Assembly: GCA_963757905.1 (NCBI GenBank)
Contig: CAVWSV010000016.1
Location: 47,808-111,807 of the forward strand
From: an uncultured Acidobacteriota bacterium
Lineage (GTDB): Bacteria; Acidobacteriota; Terriglobia; Acidiferrales; UBA7541
DNA: 64,000 bases
Direction: 5' to 3'
The stretch's first letter is position 1. Each line of letters opens with the position of its first letter. The notes below the pieces were generated by a model. The model did no database searches, was not told the origin of the DNA, and saw only the letters and a program-made list of their open reading frames with translations. Below, one piece after another: positions 55,163 to 62,611 of this stretch. The translations under genes were made by a program, and so were the position numbers.

Positions 55163-58045
55163 ATGAGCGTTCCAACAGCCTCACGGCTGTTCCGATTTGG
55201 ACTCTTTGAAGCAGACTTGGAGAATGCCCGTCTCACGCGCAAAGGCGTGCGCATTCGCCTGCAGGAACAGTCCTTCCGCATTCTCTGGATGCTTCTTGAC
55301 CGCGCGGGTCAAATCGTCACTCGCGAAGACCTTCGGCAAGAGTTGTGGCCGGCGGGAACTTATGTCGATTTTGACGGAAGCTTGAACGCCGCGCTGAAGC
55401 GGCTCCGAGCAGCGCTCGACGATGATGCGGATAATCCGCGATTCATCGAAACGGTTCCCAAGCGCGGCTACCGTTTCATTGCGCCGGTAACCCTCGAGGA
55501 CCATCCGGTAGCAACCGAACCTGAAATCTCATCGCCGCGTCCGTCGCCCGTTGCACAAACTCCCGCAAATCTGCACACGCGCCCATCGAATTACGGGAAA
55601 CGCCGGTGGATCGCCGTGATCGGCGCGGTTGTGGTTATGACTGCGGTGGCTGCCCTGATTATTCTTCGCAAGCGCGCTGCGGCTCATCCCGCTCCGTCTC
55701 CGCAGCCGACCGTTGACCTGGGAACGCTTCGACGTTCCGTTGCTGTTCTTGGTTTTCAAAATGCTTCCGGCCGCCCGAGCGACGAGTGGCTTTCTACGGC
55801 CCTCGCGGAAATGTTGCGGACCGAACTCGGCGCGGGCGGCAAGCTGCGCGTCGTCCCCGGCGAAAATGTTGCGCAACTTCGCCTTGGCTCCCCGTGGTCG
55901 CAGACCGATTCCCTCAGCCAGCAAACTGCTTCACGCGTCGGAAAGGCCCTCAGTAGCGACCTTCTCGTCCTCGGTTCCTTCGCAACTCTGGAGGAACCGC
56001 GAGATGGCAGCGTCCGCGTCGATTTTCGTTTGCAGGATGCTCAGACCGGAGAAATTTTGTACGAAGGCGCGGAGACTGGCAGCGAAAAACAATTTTTCGG
56101 ACTTGTCGCCAAAGTCGGTTTTGAGCTTCGCGAGCGCTTGGGTCTGCCCATGATCACGGAATCGGAAGAAGCTGGCGTGGTTTCTTCTCTGCCCTCCGAC
56201 CCGGACGCCAATCGCTTCTACTCTTTGGGTCTTGAGAAACTGCGCGATGCCGACGTCGCCGCCGCCAAAGACCTTTTCCTTCAAGCTGAGAAACTCGCGC
56301 CGCGATTTCCTCTGGTTCACCTCATGCTTTTCCGTACCTGGGGCGGCCTGGGGTACGACCAAAAGGCCAACGACGAAATAAAGACGGCGTACCAACTCTC
56401 TGCGGGCCTTCCGGAAACCGACAAGCTGCAAATCGAAGGCGCTTATTTCGGGAGCCTGAAGGAGCTGGATAAAGCCGCTGCTGCCTATCGCGCCCTCTAC
56501 ACTCTCTACCCGGACAGTGTGGATTACGCCGAGCAGTTCATCGTCGTTCTCAATGCCGCGGGTCGTCGTGAAGAAGCCCTCGCTGTCGTCAAACAGCTTC
56601 GCAATCTTCCGCCTCCGGCGTCTGACGACCCGCGCATCGATTTCTGGCAGGCACAGCTCATTAGTTACTCCAAGGGAGCCGCTGCGCAGCCATTCTTCGA
56701 AAAGGCCGCTGCCGAAGCGGCTTCTCGCGGACAAAGATTGCTTTATGCGCACTTCCGCCTTAATCAGTGTCTCAACGCGGTCTATGGTGATCACCCGCAG
56801 GGCGCGGTGGCTCACTGTCAGGAGGCGTATGACATCTTCATGGCCGCAGGCAACACCCTTCTCGCTGCCGATGCTTTGCGCACCATGGGCGACCGCCGTG
56901 GTGCCAAAGGCGACTTCAGCGGCGCGCGCGAACTGTACACGCGTGCGCTTGCACTTCTCGGCAAATTGGGCGAGCACGAAAAAACGGGCGTCGTGCTGAA
57001 CAACATGGCCATCACGTACGAGAACCAGGGTCAAATCGACCAAGCCGAAAAGCTTTTTCGCCAAGCTGCCGAGACCTGGAGAGAATGTGGCGACACTCTT
57101 AATGAGGCTGTGGCTCTCGGCAACATCGCGGACATTTTTATGGTCCGTGGCCAGCTTCGCCAGGCCGAAGCGCAGTACGAGGATGCCCGAAGGCGGATCG
57201 AGTCCACCGTTCCGAACAGCAATGTTTCTTATGAGCTTTATAGCATCGCCGTGGTTCGCCTGTACGAAGGCGACATCGCCGGCGCCAGGGACTTTGCCGA
57301 TCGCGCCCTGAAAATGGCCCAGCAGCGCGCTCAAGTAATCGATCTTGCGGAAGCTCACTCCGTCATCGGCGATATTCTGATGGCACAGGACGATCTGCCC
57401 GGTGCGCGTCAGAGTTACGAAAAAGCGCTCGCCATTCGCCGGCAAATGGAGGACAAGGGCAGCATCGCTGAAAAACAAGCTGAGCTCGCCGAATTATCCA
57501 TCGAGGGAGGCAACCTTGCTGATGCGGAGCCAGTGCTAAGAAAGGCTCTCGCTGAGTTCCGCGCGGAGAAAACCTTCTTGGATGAAATCCCCGCGGAGGT
57601 GGACCTGTCTCGCATCTTACTGCGCGAAGGCAAACTCGCGGAAGCGCGCCAGATGATTTCTGATGCGCTTGTTCTAAGTCGCGACAGCCGCGATCCCGCC
57701 TTGAAGATGCCCGTCGCCATTATGGACGCGCGCATCGAAGCCGCCGCGCTCGCTTCACGCGCAAAACCGCAGCCGAATTTATCCGGTCCGCGCCGCAAAC
57801 TTCAAAACGTGCTGTCCACCGCGCGGCAGCTTGGCTATTACGGAATTGAATGCGACGCCCGCCTCGCACTCGCCGAAATCGAACTCCACGTTAACCCTCG
57901 GGCCGCTCGCTTGCACCTCGCCGAGCTTGCGCAGCAGGCACATGATCGCGGCATGGAACTCGTTTCCCGCAAAGCCGCCGCGCTCCAACTCCGCCAAGGA
58001 ATGATAACGGCTACTGGGCAGCGACCAGGTACAAAACCGCTATGA
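55163..58045 (+). CDS. CadC/ToxR-like membrane-anchored transcriptional regulator (OmpR/PhoB-type winged helix, TM helix, large TPR region)
   Basis: The N-terminus FRFGLFEADLENARLTRKGVRIRLQEQSFRILWMLLDRAGQIVTREDLRQELWP...ETVPKRGYRF is the trans_reg_C pattern. TM helix WIAVIGAVVVMTAVAALIIL. About 700 aa of TPR-like helices follow. Confidence 0.85.
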   Translation: MSVPTASRLFRFGLFEADLENARLTRKGVRIRLQEQSFRILWMLLDRAGQIVTREDLRQELWPAGTYVDFDGSLNAALKRLRAALDDDADNPRFIETVPKRGYRFIAPVTLEDHPVATEPEISSPRPSPVAQTPANLHTRPSNYGKRRWIAVIGAVVVMTAVAALIILRKRAAAHPAPSPQPTVDLGTLRRSVAVLGFQNASGRPSDEWLSTALAEMLRTELGAGGKLRVVPGENVAQLRLGSPWSQTDSLSQQTASRVGKALSSDLLVLGSFATLEEPRDGSVRVDFRLQDAQTGEILYEGAETGSEKQFFGLVAKVGFELRERLGLPMITESEEAGVVSSLPSDPDANRFYSLGLEKLRDADVAAAKDLFLQAEKLAPRFPLVHLMLFRTWGGLGYDQKANDEIKTAYQLSAGLPETDKLQIEGAYFGSLKELDKAAAAYRALYTLYPDSVDYAEQFIVVLNAAGRREEALAVVKQLRNLPPPASDDPRIDFWQAQLISYSKGAAAQPFFEKAAAEAASRGQRLLYAHFRLNQCLNAVYGDHPQGAVAHCQEAYDIFMAAGNTLLAADALRTMGDRRGAKGDFSGARELYTRALALLGKLGEHEKTGVVLNNMAITYENQGQIDQAEKLFRQAAETWRECGDTLNEAVALGNIADIFMVRGQLRQAEAQYEDARRRIESTVPNSNVSYELYSIAVVRLYEGDIAGARDFADRALKMAQQRAQVIDLAEAHSVIGDILMAQDDLPGARQSYEKALAIRRQMEDKGSIAEKQAELAELSIEGGNLADAEPVLRKALAEFRAEKTFLDEIPAEVDLSRILLREGKLAEARQMISDALVLSRDSRDPALKMPVAIMDARIEAAALASRAKPQPNLSGPRRKLQNVLSTARQLGYYGIECDARLALAEIELHVNPRAARLHLAELAQQAHDRGMELVSRKAAALQLRQGMITATGQRPGTKPL

Positions 58046-58053
58046 TGAGGTGA

Positions 58054-58515
58054 CTACTGCTGCTTCTCCGCCGCCAGCGCACCCTTAAATGCATCCCGAT
58101 GAGTCATCTCGTCGTGACGAACTTCTTCAAAACGAGCTGCCGCGGCAGTATCTCCCGCAGCCTTCGCTCGTTCGGCAAACTCACGGTACATGGTATCGAT
58201 CTCGTAGGACTCGCCTTTGATCGCATCTTTCAAGTTGTCAGCATCGCTGCCAACTAGCCCCGCAAGTTTCGCTTCTTCAGCGAAATGTTCAAAACGCTCC
58301 GTGTTGGCCGTCTTCTCGAACAAGTCCGCCAGTTCTTTGTTGCCACTCTTGCGCGCGTGTTCCGCATAGAGCAGGTACTTCACATAGGCAAATGCTTCGC
58401 CGTGCATCGCAGTAAAGAGATTCTCCAATGTCTTCTTGTTTAGAGTTTCGTGGGTCTCCATAGTTCTCTTAGCCGCTATCGCATGCTGCTTGCTAACTCC
58501 AGTATTCATATGCAT
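58054..58515 (-). CDS. Rubrerythrin-like ferritin-fold (diiron) protein without a rubredoxin domain
   Basis: ENLFTAMHGEAFAYVKYLLYAEHARKSGNKELADLFEKTANTERFEHFAEEA and GESYEIDTMYREFAERA...EVRHDEMTHRD show paired ExxH-type diiron motifs. The start may be the internal ATG 58461. Confidence 0.8.
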   Translation of the reverse strand: MHMNTGVSKQHAIAAKRTMETHETLNKKTLENLFTAMHGEAFAYVKYLLYAEHARKSGNKELADLFEKTANTERFEHFAEEAKLAGLVGSDADNLKDAIKGESYEIDTMYREFAERAKAAGDTAAAARFEEVRHDEMTHRDAFKGALAAEKQQ

Positions 58516-58633
58516 CTCCTGAAAAGAAAGTCTTGTTGAGCGAGAGCGTTCGTGTCTATGACGCTAATCACGTTCCAGTTTGATCGCCGCCCCCGCCCGG
58601 CAGTTTGCATGGCATCGCACTGGCGATGGACCG

Positions 58634-59377
58634 TTAGTTCAAGTAGACCTCAATTGCAATCCGATCCCGGGGGTACCTGCGGTTGTACAGGTAATAGCCG
58701 CCGTCGGAATAGACGATGTACACGTCATCGTTGTCGTACCAGTCGTCTGACCAGTATTCTGGCCATGGATCCATTAGAGCGAACCAAAAGCCGTCGTACT
58801 GAAAGCGTGGATACCCACCATACAACTCCATGGGGTACCTGTAGATGCGGAACCAGTGCCCCGGACCAAAGTTGCTACGATAGCGGTTATCTGGAATGCG
58901 GTAGCCGCTGTAGCCTCCACGTTGCTGCCAGTCGCGGTGCTCGGACTGCCAGTTACGTGCACGATGCTGCTGCCACACCTGCGGCTGTTGAGCTTGCTGC
59001 ACGCGTTGGCGTTGCTGTGAAGGTTGATTGACCTGCTGCTGAGCACGCTGCTGTTGCTGCTGCCGTTGGCCTTGGGCTTGCTGCGGCTGCTGAACTTTCT
59101 GTGGTTGCTGTTGTTGCTGAACCCGCGGCTGCTGAACTTTCTGTGGCTGCTGCTGTTTCGGTTGCTGCGTCTGCTGACCCTTGGCTTGTTGTTGCTTCCG
59201 CTGTTGTTGCTGACCTTTGGCCTTCTGCTGCTGTTGCTGCTTCTTTGGCTTAGCCTGCTGCTCCTGTTTCGAGGTGTTGGCGTCTTGTCCGTGTTGCTCC
59301 TGTTGTGCATAAGCGGGAATAAACGCTCCAAAAAGAAGGAGCAGAGCCACCGTGCTGATAAGACCAACTGGTCTCAT
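58634..59377 (-). CDS. Exported glutamine-rich protein with an aromatic-rich C-terminal domain
   Basis: ATG 59377 follows GGAGG. Signal peptide MRPVGLISTVALLLLFGAFIPAYAQ. About 130 aa are dominated by Q/K/P/R (…QQQQQKAKGQQQQRKQQQAKGQQTQQPKQQQPQKVQQPRVQQQQQPQKVQQPQQ…). The sequence then becomes W/Y/R/D-rich to the C-terminus. Confidence 0.75.
   Translation of the reverse strand: MRPVGLISTVALLLLFGAFIPAYAQQEQHGQDANTSKQEQQAKPKKQQQQQKAKGQQQQRKQQQAKGQQTQQPKQQQPQKVQQPRVQQQQQPQKVQQPQQAQGQRQQQQQRAQQQVNQPSQQRQRVQQAQQPQVWQQHRARNWQSEHRDWQQRGGYSGYRIPDNRYRSNFGPGHWFRIYRYPMELYGGYPRFQYDGFWFALMDPWPEYWSDDWYDNDDVYIVYSDGGYYLYNRRYPRDRIAIEVYLN
59020..59290. repeat. Imperfect CTG/TTG (CAG/CAA on the coding strand) trinucleotide-rich low-complexity DNA
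   Basis: Runs such as ctgctgctg, ttgctgttgttgctg and ctgctgttgctgctg. There is also a duplicated ~33-nt unit (gctgctgaactttctgtgg[tc]tgctg...). This region encodes the poly-Q tract. Confidence 0.8.
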
Positions 59378-59449
59378 AAGTATTGCCTCCATTAAGTCCA
59401 TTTCTCGATGCTCTCGCTCGGTCGCGAGCGATGTGAACGCCATTGATCC

Positions 59450-60151
59450 CTACTTACCGGACCTGTTTCTTGGCGACTTCTTGTTGAGGGTCGAAACAAG
59501 TAATTTCGCCGAGGCCGGCGCGCGGATCGCACTATTGATGACGACGTCCTTCGCCGTGACACCTTTTCCGTAGAGTCTCTCGTTGCCATCGTTATCAGGG
59601 CGGAGAGTTGAGCCTTCCAGTGAGATTCCGGCAAACAACCCGCGCGAACGCGAATACGACAGAATTTCTGCCCGCATGGTGACATCCGTGGAGGCCGCAG
59701 CACTCCGGCCCTTGGGTCCGGCTGCAGCAGCCATGTCGCCGCCGAGCTTCACTTTGCTGGAAAGAATCGAGCTAGCCCCACGCTTATTCATCACCAACAA
59801 GACAAAGTCTGTCGCTTGGCCACCCAACTGAAAGCCGAAGCTTCCACCTTCGAGAGCCATCATGGAAGGTGCACTCCAGGGTCCGTTGAAATCGCGGCCG
59901 CTTCGGCAAGTCATCACGCCGCGACCGTAACTGCCCCCGAACCCGATCGCAAATTTCATCACCGAAGGCAGCACGATGACGCATTCCGCCTTGTCTAAAA
60001 GATCCGCCGGGATATCGTCGGGAACATTGAGAATCTCAACCATCACTTTGCCTGCATTCCTAATGCGGTTGTTTTCATCCTTTTGTGCATAAGCAGGCAA
60101 GCAAAACAGTGCAACCATAGCTATCAATGAGAGAATACTTCTCATCATCAT
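59450..60151 (-). CDS. Exported SYLF (Ysc84/DUF500) lipid-binding domain protein
   Basis: The track ORF was trimmed to ATG 60151, 5 nt after AAGGAG. Signal peptide MMMRSILSLIAMVALFCLPAYAQ. GGSYGRGVMTCR...EGGSFGFQLGGQATDFVLLVMN...KVKLGGDMAAAAGPKG...RGLFAGISLEGS fits the SYLF pattern. Confidence 0.8.
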   Translation of the reverse strand: MMMRSILSLIAMVALFCLPAYAQKDENNRIRNAGKVMVEILNVPDDIPADLLDKAECVIVLPSVMKFAIGFGGSYGRGVMTCRSGRDFNGPWSAPSMMALEGGSFGFQLGGQATDFVLLVMNKRGASSILSSKVKLGGDMAAAAGPKGRSAAASTDVTMRAEILSYSRSRGLFAGISLEGSTLRPDNDGNERLYGKGVTAKDVVINSAIRAPASAKLLVSTLNKKSPRNRSGK

Positions 60152-60436
60152 GCTCCTTTTCAAGCCATTCCTCGTTCATGGGCCCGGCAACAAACACGGC
60201 CCGGCAACAACAGTCCAATTTGTAATAGACCGCGAAGGCGTTCTTCAGTGACGTCGGTCACCTTCCAGAGTGATGGGAAGCACTACAGAATGATCTCTAG
60301 CTTTACTACGGGCTTACGAAATCCTCACGTCTCCCTTACACACTCCTAATTCGAGCGACGGTAACTTTATTTATGAAAACATGAGCCTGTTGGTCTGTTA
60401 GCTGTGCGTTGAACTCGGCTCACGAGAGAAGCTGTC

Positions 60437-60604
60437 ATGGCAATCCTGATTTTTCTAGCTCTGTGTGCTGCCGGGGCTGGTTTTCTCCTCTTCGTTTTAG
60501 TGCATTTCGTTCGCGACGAAAAACGGCCCGGACGAACGGGCCAGGGGCACGTCCAGGAGTTCGGAGGGAAAGCAGTGACCCGAATTAGGTCAGGTTTCAA
60601 GTAA
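60437..60604 (+). CDS. Possible 55-aa single-TM micro-protein in the porin/kdp leader region
   Basis: Own translation: MAILIFLALCAAGAGFLLFVLVHFVRDEKRPGRTGQGHVQEFGGKAVTRIRSGFK. The Shine-Dalgarno is weak (GAGAGAAG). It is below the track size cut-off, and there is no homology evidence. Confidence 0.25.
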   Translation: MAILIFLALCAAGAGFLLFVLVHFVRDEKRPGRTGQGHVQEFGGKAVTRIRSGFK

Positions 60605-60632
60605 TAGGTAGCGAGAATAAGGAGAGATTCCC

Positions 60633-62369
60633 ATGACGAGGTTCCTGTCCTACAAGCAATTGACTTTCTGCCTCTTTGCCTTAGCGCTTGGGCCATGGCC
60701 CTGTTTTGCGCAAAGCGGCGCCACTGGCTCGGCCGACCAGGCGGCGAGCTCGGCAGGTCAGCAAATACCGCCCGCGATCGCCAAAGAACTCGATGGTATG
60801 AAGAAGCGCATTGATGAGCTCGAAGCGGAACTGAAGAGCAGGAACACACAGCCGCAACGGGCCGCTACGCAAGCTTCCGCAGACGCGGCGACACCCGTGA
60901 CGGTGCAATCGCCGGCGCCTGAGGCCAGGCAGGAATCTTCCTCGGCGGGGCCGGTGCTTGCGGCACAGGTGGCACCCCGACCTGCAACGCTCGAAACTGC
61001 AACGCCCGAGAAAAAAGAAGTGGCGCAGCCTTTTTCGGATTGGGACTGGACCTGGCTGAACGGCAATCCGCGCACAAAGACCCCGGCCTTCGACTCTAAG
61101 TTTTTCACGCCGGAAATTAGAGCTGACATCAACTATGTCTACGATTTCAACCATCCTGCGGACCACTCCATGGGAGGATCAAGCGAGCTATTTCGGTCGC
61201 AGGAAGTTCAGTTGGAACAGTTGGGCGTTGGCGGCGACTTCCACTATGACAATGTTCGCGCCAGGGTCATGACCCAGTTCGGCATGTATTCCGCGACGAC
61301 ACCACGAAATGACCCCAGTCCGGGACATGGTCAATGGGATCTCGTCAGCGCATACCGTTATATTTCGGAAGCGTACGGCGGATATCACTTCGACGTAATG
61401 CACGGCGTCAATGTCGACGCGGGGATCTTCATGTCCTATATCGGTCTGTTCAGTTACTACAATTTCGATAATTGGGCCTATCAGCCTTCTTACGTTTCCT
61501 CCAACACTCCATGGTTCTTCAACGGCGTGCGCGTGCAGATTTTCCCGACGGCACATTTGAAGATCGAGCCCTGGTTCATTAATGGATGGCAGTCGTACGG
61601 ATCGGCCAATCACACACCAGGTCTCGGGGGTCAGCTTAGGTGGACTCCGAAACCTTGGATCAACATCATTTCCAACAATTATGGCCTAGGTCAGGATGAC
61701 CTGTTCGTGCCCGGCCGTGAACGGATCCATACCGACGACAGCATCGAGATAAAGTACTACGACAAACCCGACCTGACTCTCGACAAGATGGCCTTCTCGC
61801 TCACTGGCGATCTGGGTTGCGAGTTCGGAGGCGGAGTGAGTTGCTACGGCAATAAGAAGGGCGGTCCCAAGCAGAGTTTCGTCGGCTTTATGGCTTACAA
61901 CCGGTTCTGGTTTCACAAGGACTTGTTTGGGCTAACGCTCGGTGGCGGCAAGATCAACAATCCGGGGCGGTACCTTGTGCTGTTGCCGCCTATTAATGGA
62001 GAGACCGCCATTACAGCGGCGACGTCTTCACCCTACTTTACGGAGAATCCCGGGGATCCTTTCAAAGCTTGGGATTCGTCGGTCACGTTTGACTACATGC
62101 CCAAGCAGTACATCACTTTTCGCTGGGAGTACGATTATCGCCATGCGAATGTGCCGTATTGGTCTGGGCGGGGCGGGATTACGCCTCCGGGCGGAAACAC
62201 CGGCTCGCCCCAAGACTTCGTTTGCAATAACGGCGCTTCTTCCGGAGCAACAGCCCTCGCGTCCGCGACAGCTTTCTGCACGAGCCCGCAGCAAAACTCA
62301 AGCGTCTGGTTCCCCGATCTTCGCAAGAATGAGCAGTTTATAGACTTGTCGATACTGGTCAAATTCTGA
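60633..62369 (+). CDS. Outer-membrane beta-barrel porin (BBP2/DUF1597-like) with an N-terminal coiled-coil segment
   Basis: AAGGAGA upstream. Signal peptide (LTFCLFALALGPWPCFAQ). Coiled segment ELDGMKKRIDELEAELK. Alternating aromatic beta-strand pattern, ending ...FIDLSILVKF (C-terminal Phe). Confidence 0.75.
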   Translation: MTRFLSYKQLTFCLFALALGPWPCFAQSGATGSADQAASSAGQQIPPAIAKELDGMKKRIDELEAELKSRNTQPQRAATQASADAATPVTVQSPAPEARQESSSAGPVLAAQVAPRPATLETATPEKKEVAQPFSDWDWTWLNGNPRTKTPAFDSKFFTPEIRADINYVYDFNHPADHSMGGSSELFRSQEVQLEQLGVGGDFHYDNVRARVMTQFGMYSATTPRNDPSPGHGQWDLVSAYRYISEAYGGYHFDVMHGVNVDAGIFMSYIGLFSYYNFDNWAYQPSYVSSNTPWFFNGVRVQIFPTAHLKIEPWFINGWQSYGSANHTPGLGGQLRWTPKPWINIISNNYGLGQDDLFVPGRERIHTDDSIEIKYYDKPDLTLDKMAFSLTGDLGCEFGGGVSCYGNKKGGPKQSFVGFMAYNRFWFHKDLFGLTLGGGKINNPGRYLVLLPPINGETAITAATSSPYFTENPGDPFKAWDSSVTFDYMPKQYITFRWEYDYRHANVPYWSGRGGITPPGGNTGSPQDFVCNNGASSGATALASATAFCTSPQQNSSVWFPDLRKNEQFIDLSILVKF

Positions 62370-62422
62370 GGCGCATCTGTATCATTGAGCAAGCGTAGCG
62401 GAGTGCTTTCGAGGAGAAGGAC

Positions 62423-62509
62423 GTGCCAGACATAATTTTCGTCACCGCCATTGTGGTTTTTGCGCTTGCGGCCATCGGTTACGTGCGTGCATGCGAGCGA
62501 CTGAAATAG
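62423..62509 (+). CDS. Possible 28-codon hydrophobic micro-ORF immediately upstream of kdpF
   Basis: Own translation: (GTG)PDIIFVTAIVVFALAAIGYVRACERLK. AGGAGAAGG lies 3 nt upstream of the GTG. One TM-length hydrophobic stretch. It ends 10 nt before kdpF. Confidence 0.3.
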   Translation: MPDIIFVTAIVVFALAAIGYVRACERLK

Positions 62510-62519
62510 GAGCGAGCCA

Positions 62520-62609
62520 ATGAATGCAGGAAATGCGCTATTGCTGGGTCTTTGTACGTTGCTCTTTGGCTATCTTGTATATGCGTTGCTTAGACCGGAG
62601 AAATTCTAG
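62520..62609 (+). CDS. kdpF: K+-transporting ATPase subunit F
   Basis: Own translation: MNAGNALLLGLCTLLFGYLVYALLRPEKF (29 aa). It closely parallels the E. coli KdpF pattern ...LLLGYLVYALINAEAF. It ends 2 nt before kdpA. Confidence 0.85.
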   Translation: MNAGNALLLGLCTLLFGYLVYALLRPEKF

Positions 62610-62611
62610 CA

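Noticed and set aside
55931-57478. 515-aa minus-strand ORF
   Set aside because: It is antisense to the TPR region of the CadC-like regulator, whose frame is supported by the wHTH domain and continuous TPR helices.
59024-59395. 123-aa Leu-rich plus-strand ORF
   Set aside because: It is the mirror image of the poly-Q tract (CTG/TTG codons). It has no RBS or start context, whereas the minus-strand frame has GGAGG, a signal peptide and a structured C-terminus.
60164-60632. Possible c-di-AMP (ydaO-type) or other riboswitch in the leader of the porin-kdp locus
   Set aside because: I could not recognise conserved riboswitch core motifs by eye, and a covariance-model scan is needed. It is therefore not reported as a feature.
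60367-60849. 160-aa minus-strand ORF spanning the porin start
   Set aside because: It overlaps the porin signal peptide region and its RBS on the opposite strand. The predicted protein is Arg/Ser/Pro-rich with no signal.
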